Shown here in pieces: positions 26,771-41,110 of a stretch of DNA of 64,000 bases (position 1 is its first letter; each line of letters opens with the position of its first letter). A program made the position numbers and the translations under genes. The DNA lies in contig NC_042997.1 of assembly GCF_006345805.1 (NCBI RefSeq), positions 147,498,001-147,562,000 of the forward strand, read 5' to 3'. The DNA comes from Octopus sinensis. Its lineage: Eukaryota. Below the pieces are notes generated by a model. The model ran no database searches, was not told the origin of the DNA, and saw only the letters and a list, made by a program, of their open reading frames with translations.

Positions 26771-27312
26771 ACGTATATATATGTATGCATATGTAAGGAG
26801 AGAGAAAGGGGGGAGGAGAGATATCTATCGAATCTATCGGTATCACATTTCGTGTCGTCGAAGTCGAGTCTGTTTGTCGAAACCATTTCCTCGGTTGATT
26901 ACCGCCTTGCTACTGCTTTACCATTACTAGAAATTTAAGAACCGAAACCTATCGAACTTTACATCGCAGACATGGTTGCACCAAATTTATCGCCATTCTA
27001 AATCTCTCACGCGCGCTCTCACACACATACATACATACATACACACTTGCATATTATTAAAACAAACACATACACATACATATATTCGCATACATACAGC
27101 AATACATACTTGAGCACATGTTATTATGCGAGAGATATCTATTGTAAGAAATATTCATGTCATTTTTCTGCATATTCAATGTTGGCTTCTAACAAAAGAT
27201 TTAGAATGAACCCAAATTTCTGTTTCTACTGTCTTTATGCCTATTTCTATTCCATTAATAAAATCTAGAAGCATCTAGTCACATACGCTTCCCACATACG
27301 CATACTTCACAC

Positions 27313-27366
<54 letters not shown>

Positions 27367-28498
27367 TTTTTATAGAGTATTTTTGTCCTTTGTAGAGAAG
27401 AAAGAAAAAAAATATTCTTTTGCTAGATTGATTTTTTTAAGGCTTTCCTGTGTTTCTGTTACAGTATGATCAATTAATTTTCAGCGACAGTTTTCCGTTC
27501 TTAGCTTTGAATAGTCTTATTTTATTCGTCTTGGTACACATAATGTCATTAAACTGCCGTTCGTTCGCTCCTGGACCAAACGTGACAGCGTAACGTTCTA
27601 AAGAAAAGAATGTGATAAGAACATTAAATACAATCACACATAGAATCACGCGTCTCCATTCTCTCATTGCCCTTCTATCTCACGAAATTATACACAAAAT
27701 CTTAGGATTTGATGACTTGGGTTTAATTTATTTACTGTAGTCTATCCACGTGGTTTCCTAGTTTAAACGCTACTGCTTGTAGATTTGCTACTCAGAAACA
27801 ATTTTACATGTTGTTGTTGTTGATGTACGTATTTTCCCCCTTTTTTCTATTAACCGACTATGATGTTATATTTTTAATTAATTAACATCTAATAAAGAAT
27901 CACTGTGAATTGATTTCACCGTGATTTGGGTGGTGGTTCTTTTAGTTTTACTTTTTAGTCACGTACTGAGGTATTTACAAGCTTTATTAATCTGCTTAGT
28001 ATTGTCATAAAATAATTAAAAAATACTCTGTGCAAAACGTGAGATATATATTAATGTTAAAAGAAAATTTACATAGCGTCTTACATCGATATTAGCTGAG
28101 AAGATTAATATGAGATTTCATTTAATGCTTTCTTTCTGTTTATATAATTTTTGTGTAAAGATGAAGTAATAGTAAAGTTTTGTTCCTAAAACAAGCAAAT
28201 ATTAAATATGGAAATATACTTATTTATTCATTGTACATCCATCAGTTTGCTACATGATTTTAAAGCGAGTCATTTTGCTTATGGTGAATCTACTTTAATT
28301 TGAAACATCGTATTTATATTTAAAGAAATGTTATGTAGGTTAATTTCCACAATTCTCTCAGACACTTTGATTTATATGAGCAAGTAACAAATATAGATTT
28401 ATGATTAATAGGATAAAATGAATAAATGACCCCTGGTCAGGATTTCTGACAGTAAGTTTCAGTTGCTCGATCATAGTATAAGCGTGTTCATAGTATTA

Positions 28499-28730
28499 GG
28501 GCGGCGAGCTGGCAGAAACGTTAGCACGCCGGGCGAAATGCTTAGCAGTATTTCGTCTGCCGCTACGTTCTGAGTTCACATTCCGCCGAGGTCGACTTTG
28601 CCTTTCATCCTTCTGGGGTTGATTAAATAAGTACCAGTTACGCATTGGGGTCGATATAATCGATTTAATCCGTGTGTCTGTCCTTGTTTGTCCCCTCTGT
28701 GTTTAGCCCCTTGTGGGTAGTAAAGAAATA
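28499..28730 (+). mobile_element. SINE family A, alternative 3' tail variant, with 13-bp TSD-like repeat
   Basis: Head GGGCGGCGAGCTGGCAGAAACG; tail ...TTAGCCCCTTGTGGGTAGTAAAGAAATA; AGTATAAGCGTGT at 28475-28487 and 28731-28743. Confidence 0.9.
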
Positions 28731-29899
28731 AGTATAAGCGTGTGCGTGCATCGTTAACATAATTCTCAGGCGGAATCAACGTAACATAATATGATATGGA
28801 TGGACTTTTGAATTACAGGGCTTCACACAATTTCCGATTTCCCAGTTTCACTCAGACTTGGGTCTGCTCGAGGTGCTTGCCCAGCATTTCATGCAGTTGT
28901 AGCGAACTCCTGATGGTGTAAATGAGAAGCAGGAACAATGAGCCCCCTCAATGCCATCCTTTTTGTCAGGTAAATCATGAAAACCTAATGGCTGATATTC
29001 AGTTATAACATATTAAAATGCTCATTAATAACGATATATTAAATATCTGCTATCTAAACTATATATTTACATTTAATGACGCCTAAATAAAAAACTTATA
29101 TCGGGGAAAATGTATTTTATAAGGAAATTGATGTATATTATTTTAATGTCAAACCGATCATTAATATGTCAGACTTGCTTATAAGTTTATAATTCTTTTC
29201 TGAATTATGAGAAATAAGCTCTTACTATCTTGACAAAAGTAGAAGTTAAAATAAATCTTGAATTCTAAAACCTGCTTTAGATTATAATACACTGTGAAAA
29301 ATATTTGATTAAAACGCATTTAAAATATGATAGATTGTGGTTAGGTAGCTTATCTTGTATAATTATATGAATAAGATAAATCAAGAACTCTAGTTGTCTC
29401 AACCAGTATTACGTAGTTGCAAGTATATTGTAAATGCCAATCTCATATCATAGAAGGAGCAGGGGGCGATAAAATGGAACTGGATATATAGTAATTATCA
29501 CCCCAACCTAACTACTGAATCACGAGAGGTATAATCGTAATATATGGCACGTCTTGGACATCTTTAAAACCTGGTGAAACTCATCACCCTCAGTAACCAG
29601 ACACGGCCAACTTCTTTCCAAGGGTAAGAGTGGGAAAAAATTTGAAAAGAAGAATCAATTTCAACGCTGGACTGGTATTTTATTTATCGACGTCGCTGCT
29701 GGTCTCGGCAGAATTTAGATATAAAATACAAAATATTAAAATGAATATCGCAAAGCATTCTACCTGACCTCATAACGACTTTTAAAAATCGCCTACAATA
29801 ATAATATAGTGAGCCTGATGCCAATTTTTATATACTAATACTCAACAATATCACATAATTCTCCTCTAAGAATACGCCCGACAAAAATCATGGTATTAA

Positions 29900-29997
29900 A
29901 TATAAAAGTTTTGCCTCGTCCTCCTTACTCTCCTGAATTTGCTCCCTCTGACGATCACCTTTTCAGATTTTTGCAATATTATTTAAAGGAAAAAAGG
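29900..29997 (+). mobile_element. mariner transposase fragment
   Basis: KVLPRPPYSPEFAPSDDHLFRFLQYYL, i.e. the YSPDLAPSDYHLF motif. Confidence 0.7.
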
Positions 29998-30060
29998 TTA
30001 TATGGTATATATTGTTCCTTTGCTTCAAAATCTGCAGAAATATCTTGATTAATTAAGCAA

Positions 30061-30391
30061 TAATAGAAATGCTGTTACTGTGAACTCCGAGGGTTACATT
30101 GAGATGATAAACAGCTTCTTTGTGCCTGAATTACGACTAAAACGTGTGCCTCTTCGACGTGTGTGGCTTCAGCAGGATGGGGCGACGGCCCACACAGCCA
30201 GAACATCAATGGACGTAGTTCGCCCTCTGTTCGGTGACCACGTCATTTCCATGTTTGCTGACATTCCTTAGCCCCATCGGTTCCCTGAATTGTCCATACG
30301 TGATGATCTCTTGTGTGGAAACCTCAAGGCCCGTCTGTATGCGTATAATCCCCAGACACTGGACGATTTGAAGGAAGCTATTCGCGTGGAA
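30061..30391 (+). mobile_element. Internal fragment of the same DD41D transposon family as 2244-3592
   Basis: Closely similar to 3028-3358 (taatagaaatgctgttactgtgaa...gctattcgcgtggaag), including WLQQDGATAHTA. Confidence 0.9.
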
Positions 30392-31213
30392 GCTTAACAC
30401 CTGAAAGCTTAACACCACCTTTCTCACATAAATCTTGGCTTCTTCCTTAGACAACCCATTTTTAAACCATCTCTTACTGTCAATTATGGTCTAGCAAATC
30501 AACGTCCACATGATACACAAAATTTTCCCGTAATTATAATAATTCTCATAATCTTAACATGCAGTCACAGCGAAAAATATCACACATTCTCTGACTTTCT
30601 CCTTGTATGTCTGTCTAATTCTCTTTTATGCTCTCATAAATCTAGCATAAAGAGGAAGGCTCCGAAACATAAGACACTTTACTCTTCACAATAACTGAAC
30701 AAACCAAACTTTTCTACAAACTCATATATTGATAAAAATACAGCCTAAAATATAGCTGATGTAAAAAAAAAGGTGGGTACTATTTGAACATGAAAAGACA
30801 GCCACAGATATAACACATTTTTTTTTACAGGAAAAGAATAATCGTCACTTACACCGACAGACCACCACGTGATAAATTCACCTACTAGGGCGGTATAATG
30901 TAAATAAGTAACATAACAAAACGAAAATATAAAACCAGTTTTTTTTGTTTTTAGATTGAAAGTGTTTTTTTCTTGTCTACAGCTTGCGTTAATTCTTATG
31001 ATTTGACATGAAATTTTTATGAAGTAAGATTTTCGTGTAGAAAGCATCACTTTTATTTGCAAAAAAGAAAAGTTAAATATTCAAACTTTTTGAGAAATAG
31101 CTGCCTATTTGAAAAAGTTTCCTTCAACCGCTATTACGTTCGCTTTCTCTCTATACACACACATGCGCGCGTGCACACACACACATTCAACCTGAAGAAA
31201 AAAGTATATGTAA

Positions 31214-31244
<31 letters not shown>

Positions 31245-32277
31245 CATACATACATACATACTGGTAGTATCAAAAGTTTCAATAGAAAATGAGAAGTGAA
31301 AGAAAAGCATTCTTTACAGTCAATAAAGCTGAATGTTATTAATATTGTCTACTAGCAAAGTTAGGGGTACCTTATGTTCCGGAATCCATATTTGTTGACA
31401 CTTATTTTATTTCTTCGTTTGTTATAAATCTCTCATCAATTCCAAAGGAAATGCTGATATTAACTCGAGATCACATCGTTGCCATCTTGTTAAACTGTCA
31501 TATGTTCAAATTTGGCCAAATGTGTTTTTCCAATATATAATATGGTTGCAATAGGTAGGTTATTTTAGTCAAACTATCGTATCTCCAGCAGCTTCTGACG
31601 CCAAGATATGCAGTAGAGTGGTTCAACATTTTTGAAAAGTTGAGTAAGTCCCACATACGACAGTTTTTCAAAAATATTTCTGACTGAAATTATCATGCAT
31701 GCATAGAGTTACGATTTTATTGCACCCAAATAGTATTATTGCTAAGATGAAACTGTCGCTAATGTAAAAAGAAATGGAATGGTGAAACTAACTTTTGTAT
31801 AGTAGTAATGATATGATTCAAAGTGACAGAATTGATCAAGGGACACGACTCCTGTTATACCTAGGTGAAAATTTCTTATTAAAATGTTGGTTTTATAGAT
31901 TTTCTGGGCTGGCTAGTTGCCCTATGCTTGTTTGTTTATGGTGTGTGTGTTTGTGTGTGCGTGCGTGCGTCCGTGTGTTGGTGCAGTTAGTATGCATGCT
32001 TTGTATATGTGTCAAGTCTGTTATTGTTACTTACATATCAATTTGTAGATTGCTATGAGTATAGGTTGATGTGTGATGTGTGCGTGTGAGTAATATTAAT
32101 TTATGATACTGAATAAGGTGCGTATGTATTGGTCGATGTTGAAGTTGTGTGGTTATTCCACTATATTTCCCTGCAGATAGAAAGTGGCATCAGATTACAA
32201 GCATCCTCTGAAGAGCTCACAATTATTGTTCAAATATACTGTATATCATTAATCCCTGTAATATCTGGAAGTTCTGA

Positions 32278-32485
32278 AGCTGGCAGAAACGTTAGCATAT
32301 AGGGCGAAATGCTTAGCGATATTTCGTCTGCCGCTACGTTCTGAGTTCAAATTCCGCCGAGGTCGATTTTACCTTTCATCCTTCGGGTCGATAAGTTGAG
32401 TACCAGTTACGTACCGGGGTCAATTGAATCGGCTAGCCCCCCCCCCCGAATTTCGAGCCTTGTGCCTAGAGTGAAAAAGAATATG
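32278..32485 (+). mobile_element. SINE family A
   Basis: AGCTGGCAGAAACG...GAGTTCAAATTCCGCCGAGGTCG...GCCTTGTGCCTAGAGTGAAAAAG. Confidence 0.85.
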
Positions 32486-33089
32486 TGGAAGTTCTCAGTT
32501 AAGCAAAGAGCACATGTCTTTGTTCTTCTGATATACGCGCTGGACCTATCTATAATATTCCAATTTTATGTGATATGGTATTCCTTTTTCTCTCAATTCC
32601 CATACTCGCTTCGCAATTGCCTTGTTTTCCTGTTTTCTGAGTATAATCGTTGCCCACATATTTCTCTCCGATCTATGATTAGTTAATTTCAACTGGTGTT
32701 AATGATGACTTCCAGCACTATAGATGCCTCTTTACATACTTGTTGTAGCGACACACTAACTATACATGTACACACACATACAGCATAAACAACCGTAGGA
32801 CAACTAGCTAAACCACCAAATTACACATCTATAAAGTACTGCGATTCATCCTACGGGTTCAAAACATTGTCTGTGCTGATCCTGGAAAAGTCAATGAGGC
32901 TCATCACCAAAGTACTTCATGTGTCACACTGGCCTATCAGAACTGTGGTGTACGAAGACAATGAATAAAGGACATATGGACAGAAGAGAGGCCAATGCAC
33001 GTCTGGAAAAATACAAAAACACTATCTGATCATTGCCAAGTGGTTACATAACAATGTTAAAACGCCTCTCAGTATGGTATGCTTTTCTT

Positions 33090-33530
33090 CTTTGCTGATG
33101 AGAAAACCTTGATCAATACCAAAGGTCTGCCAGGTGAAATGAAAGAATAGTTATGTGCAAATCATTTTCTGATATTCACAGAGTGGTGCACACTATGTTT
33201 CCAACGACTGTGATAGTTTTAAGAGTGATGAGTAACAAAGATCATGGCATACCACCTGGCATCTTGCAGGCTCTCAAAATTAATGCCGCTGATTAAGTTA
33301 GATGTGCTGAAGGCCGCTGTTAAGCACTGGATTGATGACGCACGTTCAAGAAGGCCATACAGGTTTCAACAAGATTCATTTTCATCTCGTAAAGTCCACA
33401 TTATCACACTACCAAGGAATAGATGTCAGGCGATGTTTACGATCATGTAACACCAAACATGTGGCCTCTAAATTCTTCAGATTTAAATCCCATTGACTCG
33501 ATGTTGAAAGGGAGACTAATAGACATCGGG
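33090..33530 (+). mobile_element. Tc1/mariner DD37D (maT-type) transposase fragment
   Basis: Frameshifted FPTTVIVLRVMSNK, RPYRFQQDS and DHVTPNMWPLNSSDLNPIDS (WPPNSPDLNPLD-like). The D-D spacing cannot be counted exactly because of indels. Confidence 0.6.
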
Positions 33531-35277
33531 GTACCTCCATTAGCTTTCGTTACAGAATTCCGTACAATGGAGGCAAGTATAGTTTGAACACAAAAAAGCA
33601 CACATTTTGCATCGTCATTTTCATGTCCAAATACATATTTTCCAAAAATCATATATCATTTGAAAGTTCCGGATGTGAACTTTGCTCTCATATAGTGTTA
33701 ATTAAAATCTGACAATTACATATGTCCGAGTCCCTCAAACATCCGGTATTTCCCCGCATTTACAAAGTTTGTCCCGTTTTGCTTTTATTTATTTTTTTTC
33801 ACTTCTGAACGGCAGCCCCCTTGTTCTAGTTTAGTGCGCTCGAGCATCATAATTTGATTTGTATTAAAATCATACTTGCATAAAGTGGAAGGCTTTCGCC
33901 TTTATCTTGACATTAAAGTAGATGTGGTAAGGTTTGATAATCGTTACGAAATATAAAATTAAAATTTCACTGTTGTCACCGAGGACAAAACATTTTTTCA
34001 AGATTTATATATCAAAAGGAAAAAAAAATTCATGAAATCAATGTGGGCATTGATAAATCTGGCCGTAGTGTGGCGAAAAAGTGCAAAGTGAATAAAGAGG
34101 CTGGTATCTTCCCATCAATCTCTCTGCTTCTCTATGTATATGTGTGTGTTTGGTTTTCTTATGTGTATTTATGTACTAATTTCTATTTTAGATGATAAAA
34201 TTAGTCCTCCATTGTATATCGATCACAAAATATAATGACCTAAAATGAGTTATAAATATGAAAATAATTTAAAAAATATTAAAAATAATAAATTGGAGTG
34301 TGACGTACCCTACTTGCTATTTTCTATATTTTTGCGACGTTCGTTTTATTGATTATAATTGCATGAATCTATAGCCTGTAACCTATTCTTTTCCTCAGAT
34401 GATAAAAATATTGTTTTAATCATTTAATTTTGACAACCTCTTTACAATCTCAAAATTAGAGTAATCTCGTTGAACATGACTAAAGATAGGAAAGAAGAGA
34501 TTTAATCGATAAATAAATTTCTTTTAATTAGTTACAAAGCCCACTGTGTTTCAGGAGAGAATTGCTATATCCGATTTAGTAGCTTCGATACATTGAGATA
34601 GTTTGTTTCTCTGGAGCTGGCTGAACAAACTGCTTAGAAACATATCTTCCGTCTTTACATTCACAGTTCAAATTCTGCCGAGGTCAGCTTTGTCCTTCAT
34701 TCTTTCTAATAATTTAAATGAACTATTTTTGTTGTGTCTAGGGAGAGTCATTTGTTTCAATACACGAATTCGCATAAAGAATCTTGCAAACCAGAAGCAG
34801 AAACGAAATGAAATATCTTTATTTTCAAAATATAATTAGAATGTCACTTAGGACAAGCAATTTGGTTTATTTCATTAATATCCAGTACAACGGCATATCC
34901 TATCTCGGTTCAATATTTAGTTGTTATCCTTATATATTTAGTTCTATAACTGCATGATTACCCTAGACTGTAACCCTAAAACTGTCAAAGAGAAATCCTA
35001 AACATATATTTCCATAAATAATTAATTTATTCAAGTTTTCCTTACAAGACAGAGCAATTATATCCACAAATTAATTGCCAAGTCAACACTTCCACATAAT
35101 GTGAGGATGCATGGTTCTAAAGAAATGTGTACCCGCTGAGTACCTGCTTCGTGTCGATGTAATCGACTAACCATTCCTCTAAATTTTCAGACATTATGCT
35201 TATAGTTGGAAGAGTTATTAACTAAAAGAGAATCGGATTCGATCCTTGTATCACTGTTTTACCGACCTGTGAAGTAC

Positions 35278-35480
35278 TTTTCTTATTATAGGCACAAACG
35301 TATAATGTTTTGGCGAAGGGGCTAGTTGATTGCATCGACGTCAATCCCAACACTCAACAGATATCTATTTAATCGACGTCGAAATGATGCAAGAAGAAGT
35401 CCACCTCGGAGCAACTTCAACTCAGAATGTACAGCTGGAGGCTTTTGTTCGGTGTGTTAACGATTCTGCCAGCTCGTAGC
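35278..35480 (-). mobile_element. SINE family A, degenerate
   Basis: taggcacaaacg...cgattctgccagctcg, homologous to the 12-14 kb copies. Confidence 0.7.
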
Positions 35481-35507
35481 CTTTATGTAAGGTATATCAC
35501 TAGATAT

Positions 35508-35832
35508 GTGAAGGCACGTGGTTTAGTGGTTAGTGGGATTCGGCTCACGATCTTTAGGTTGTGAGTTCGATAACCAGCGTGGTTGTGTCCCTCAGCAAGA
35601 CACTTTATTTCACGTTGCTCCAGACCACTCAGCTGGCAAAAATAAGTAATGTCTGTATTTCAAAGGACTGGCCTTGTGTCACATCCTGTGTCACATTGAA
35701 CCTCCCTGAGAGCTGTGTTAAATGTACACGTGTCTATAGAGTCTCCAGCCAGTTGCATGTTAATTTCACGAGCAGGCTGTTCCGTTGATCGAATCAACGG
35801 CAATCCTCGTCGTCGTGACCGACAGAGTGCCA
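35508..35832 (+). mobile_element. SINE family C
   Basis: Homologous to 16890-17220 (GTGTCCCTCAGCAAGACACTTTATTTCACGTTGCTCCAG...). Confidence 0.85.
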
Positions 35833-36156
35833 AGTTTACTTGATATAAGACAATAGAAGAATGTTTAAATGGGAGTTGGGTCACCTAAAATCAGCACAGA
35901 TATTTCCTTCAGACCGAACCAAGCATTACCATTTTCAAGAAAGAAACACATTAAATAAGGTAGTTTTGAGAAATCACAAAGCGTGATTAGTTATGAGTGG
36001 AACGTGTTTGATCACAGGTATTCGCAAACAGTATTGATTTGGAGCCAAAAGACAATCAAAGCAAGGTCTGAACTGTTTACACACACAGACGCACACCAAC
36101 ATGAACACACACGTGCAGATATGTATATATAGCTATTCTCAACGCTTATGTATATA

Positions 36157-36460
36157 AAACGTCGCCCTTTTCAAGCCTAGCCAGTCTCATGGTCCCGGTT
36201 TCCCGGTTTCTGTGGCGTATGTGTTCCCCCCAGCTGGACGGGACGCCAGTCCATCGCAGCATTACTCAAGAAACAGGAAGAGAGAGTGAGAGAAAGTTGT
36301 GGCGAAAGAGTACAACAGGGGTCACTCCCCTGCCGGAGCCTCGTTTAGCTTTGAGGTATTTTCGCTCAATAAACACACACAACGCCCGGTCTGGGAATCG
36401 AAACCGCGATCCTCCGACCACGAGGCCGCTGCCCTAACCAATGGGGCATTGCGCCTCCAC
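36157..36460 (-). mobile_element. tRNA-derived SINE family D (V-SINE-like 3' region)
   Basis: Minus-strand head GGAGGCGCAATGCCCCATTGGTTAGGGCAGCG...GGTTTCGATTCC; CTGCGATGGACTGGCGTCCCGTCCAG resembles the V-SINE tail motif (from recall). Confidence 0.7.
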
Positions 36461-37244
36461 ACTTATGTATATGTACATATATAAATCATATATAAGTATG
36501 TGCACATATAATACGCACACACACACACACACACATACATACATATATTCATGATTAGTTCTGTATGTGTTGGCTTAATATAGCATCGTATCATCATGGT
36601 TAGAAAGAACACTATGATCATAGGTCTGCGTTATCTGAACTGACCTGCGTCTAGACAACAACAACAACATTACTACATGCAATAAAACATTCAACGTCTG
36701 TCATTTTTATCTCCCTCCTGTAGATATACTATTAAAATATTTATTTTTTTAACGCTTGCAAAAGTTACTACTCTGTACTGAAACTGTCTATTTGAAGAAA
36801 TGTTCGACGATAAAAATAAATTACAGTGGGTGAAGTTACCATCAGGATTGAAAAAAACCTGACATTTTAGACATTTGCTCTTCTTCAGAGGAGAAAGAAT
36901 ACAGGCAAGACATGGTTATGTGGTTTAAGGGGCTCGCCTTGTCACCAAGTGGTTTCGGGTTCATTCTCGCTGCGCGGTACTTTGGGCTAAGAGGCTGATA
37001 AAATAAGTTCCAGAGTTAAGAAAATAATCAAAGACAGAAGTGATCGTCAAAGCTGAAAGAGAATAAATCCTAAATATTCTTAAAAACATAAATGCCGATG
37101 AACGTTAGTCTGCTAGATCGTACCTGATCTGGGGCTAAATATAAAAAACAAAAAACAAAAAAGAAACATGATATTCCCGCTGCTCACTATGATTCCTTAT
37201 TGACACGGAGATAAAACGAAACATGTTAGAATTAATGTATTCTC

Positions 37245-37432
37245 TTAACCATTCTGTCTAACTTTCGCAAAAAAAAACAAAGGTAGGAAGAAATCAATTA
37301 CATCGACCCCAGGGCTCGACTGCGAAAGGGGACATGCAAAGTCGACCACGGTAGGATTTGATGTCGGAACACAAAAAGCTAGAAGAAATGCAGTAAAGCA
37401 TTTCGTCCGGTGTGGTAACAATTCTTTCAATT
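37245..37432 (-). mobile_element. SINE family A, degenerate
   Basis: aatttacatcgaccccagg...gcaaagtcgaccacggtaggatttga...gcatttcgtccggtgtg. Confidence 0.7.
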
Positions 37433-40357
37433 GACTACCTTCGTGTGTTCTTTAAGTGATGTAGTATGTGTTCGTCCGGTCAGTTACATAGTTTAGTAAT
37501 CGTATAGAATTTTCAATACAATACCTCATGTATTCACAGAAGAACAGTTAAGAGAATGCATGGGGCTCTGAGATCTCTGCTGAAGATTATCTTAATGTCT
37601 CTATGCATTTTTAGTTCACGTGTTGCAGTTAAAAACGTATGACAAGGCAGCTACACAGTTGGTGTTTACAAACCAATAAAGAATCTGTATGTTGACACTT
37701 GCTGTGGCAGAAATAGCAACCAATTGCCTTAAATTCACCCAATATCTTAGGGGCAAAATATATACGTGTTAAAGACAATATGGCCACATTAGGAATGACT
37801 GTGGTCATGAGGTTGTTAGATCACGGCTGACATAGAGCTAAGCAACAACAAAACTTCTCCACTATATAATGTTCTCCTTCAATCAATGATCTCTGTGTAC
37901 AGTGAAGAGACTACACTGATTAGAAATTAAGTATCACAATCAAGGATATAACGCAGATCCACATTTTGGATCGACAATCATTGACATCTAATTAAACTTA
38001 GTCTTGTATCATAATCCCATTCACGTCTAGGATGTTTATATCAATATAAAGCATCACTGGTAATCTATTTTAATGACCGCAAAAGGATGAAAGGCTGAGT
38101 TAACCTTGGCATAATTTGAAATATGATTATAAATGCCGTAAATAAATACCTGAAGGAATTTTTCTGCCCATCACATGTTTCACCCTAATTGAAGAAGAGA
38201 AATGTAGAATATTTATTTCCCTCGTGCACTATTGTGATAATGATAAGTAGAAGTAATTAACGAGTTAGCAATATAATTTTATCTATGAACAGGCGATCAG
38301 CCCATTTGATTTAGGAGAGGGCTTCTGTTTTGATGATAATAGTTTTCTCGAAGGTATTAGAGGCGTATGTGAAATGAAAGGGTAGAAACGGGAATCGAAA
38401 CAAATTAACGAATTCCTTCCTTACAGCATGTAAAACTTAGAATCATGAAAAATACAAAATTAAAATGGCACAACGTTAGGAAGAGTGAATTGCAACTTTA
38501 ATCATCATGTTATTTTAATTAGAAGCAGTGAAAAATTTTCGGCACTAAGAAACATAAAAAACACAATAATTCATATATGAAAAGAAAAATGAATTTTAAT
38601 GATTTTTTCGAACAAAGGATAATATAAGACCATAATTTGACATTTAAATGGAGATTATTTGCATAATACCAATAAAAACAGATTAAAATGTTATCTTATT
38701 GATTATTTGCCTTTTCTAAAGATATTTTTAATTTAAATTTGTTTTCAGATTTTTCTTTAAGATTTTATTAATTAAAAATTAGAAGACCTTGTGTGAAATG
38801 TTAAAAAGAAAACCATTCTTATTAAATTTCAAGTAAGAATTACGTTATGCAGTTTTTTTTGTACCGTGTAGCAACACACCTCTAGGGACTGCACATAACT
38901 AAGGCATGACTTTTACAGTCACGAGAACTAGCAGTAAATCAGTCAGCTGTGTGAACGCCATAGATCGACAGCAAATTATTTTGATAAGGGGAGTCCTGGA
39001 TACAAGTTTCGTTCTTGCCTTGTACTTATTCTATTACTTTTACATAATGCAACTGGTGAAGAATGATGTAGTTAGTTAAATATTTCCAATTAATCAATTA
39101 CTAGTTTACTGCATTTCTAATGTCGAGAGGGACAAGGCCGGTGCCTAATTTGATGCAGAGTAAATATTAAAAAGCAAAAACTGTATTTATAAAATACTAA
39201 TTTTTGGTTTCTCCCCAATTTTTCATAACTTACACCGATAAACAACGGGGAAAGAAACACACATAAGCGCACTCATAAGCACAAACATATATACTCTTGA
39301 GATATAAATGCCTAGGCACGAAATTCGAGTTTTGGTTGGTTGTATTTATTGTATTACTTCTCAAAATGTGTAAAGAAAAAGTAGCAGATGTGCCAAAAGA
39401 GGTGGAATAGAGAGAAGTAAAGAAAGAGGAAAGATAGTCGGAAGACTAATATAGAGAGAGGTAAAGAGAGAGGAGAGAAAGAAAGAGAGGGAGAGGGGAG
39501 AAAGGGAATGAGAAAGAGAGAGGAAGAGAAATAGAGATAGCCAGCAGTCAATCAATAAAAAAAAAATGAGCCAATCAGTCAGGTGAATAGAAAGTAAAAT
39601 ATTGAAAAGATGAAAGAAAGTGGGCAAGTACCTGAGTAGAAGAGGTGGAAAAGAAGAAATAGAGCTCTTCGGTATAGAGGGGGAATTAGAGCGGTGACGT
39701 GATAAATAAAAGAAATATAGATGGTGAGCAAATGAAAGAGAATGAAAGATATTAAGACAATGAAATTAATTTATGATACGGGAGTGTGTATGATGGATGA
39801 TGACGTTTGGAAAAGGAGAAAAAACGGTGAAACAGACGTCTATTGGTAGAAACAAGAGACAGGAAAGAAACATAATGATATGAATGAATCAGCGAAAATA
39901 ATGAAGAGGTCTGGGAATTGGGAGCATAAAAACTGAGTCGGCATTTCAAAATAAAGCAACAATTAACTGGAAGTGAAACTGATGAACAGAAAATGTTCGT
40001 TTTCGAAATGCAGAAAAAAATTAAACCTCGCTTAATTTTTCTTCCGTTTGTCTTTAATTTCTTTGCTACAAGTTTTGCTTATGTTTCTTGTGCTTCTTAA
40101 CGTTTTTCCTGTACCCAATTAAAATCAAACATTTTTTGTAACAAAAAAAGGAAAGAAAGAACACGAATAAGGTATTTTTGATGGGCTTTGTAACAAATAA
40201 TGATAGGCTTTGGATATTCGTGGTCCCTAGGAAGCATTTTTAGTGGAGTGCTAAGCAAGTTCTTACTACAATAATGTATGAGACACACCGAGTTAAATCA
40301 GATAGACACCAAAAACTAGACATTGCTATGGATATAGTAAAATTCATATATTAATAT

Positions 40358-40568
40358 TGGTTTCAAATCTTGGCACAAGGCCAGCAATTGAGGGGGAGGA
40401 GAGAGGTTGATTATATCGATCCCAGTACTCAACTGGTACTTATTTTATCGATCCCGAAATGATGAAAGGTAAAGTCGACTCTGGTGGAATTTGAACTCAG
40501 AACCTAAAATGGGTAAAATACCGTTAAGCATGTTGCGCGGCTTGCTAACGATTCTGGCAGCTCGCCAC
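40358..40568 (-). mobile_element. SINE family A
   Basis: ggcacaaggcc...gatgaaaggtaaagtcgactctggtggaatttgaactcag...ggcagctcgcc. Confidence 0.85.
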
Positions 40569-40589
40569 ATTAAATATATATATATATAT

Positions 40590-41110
<521 letters not shown>

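Noticed and set aside
25680-26938. 264-388 aa ORFs on both strands (YI/MCV/HT repeats)
   Set aside because: They are translations of a TA/CA microsatellite that lacks stop codons; the same applies to similar ORFs at 5.0, 8.7, 40.9, 45.6, 48.4-49.0, 52.9, 57.0 and 63.4 kb.
30640-30685. GAG gaagg CTC-C-GAAAC-ATA motif
   Set aside because: 5' core absent; may be a Penelope-like remnant but cannot be supported.
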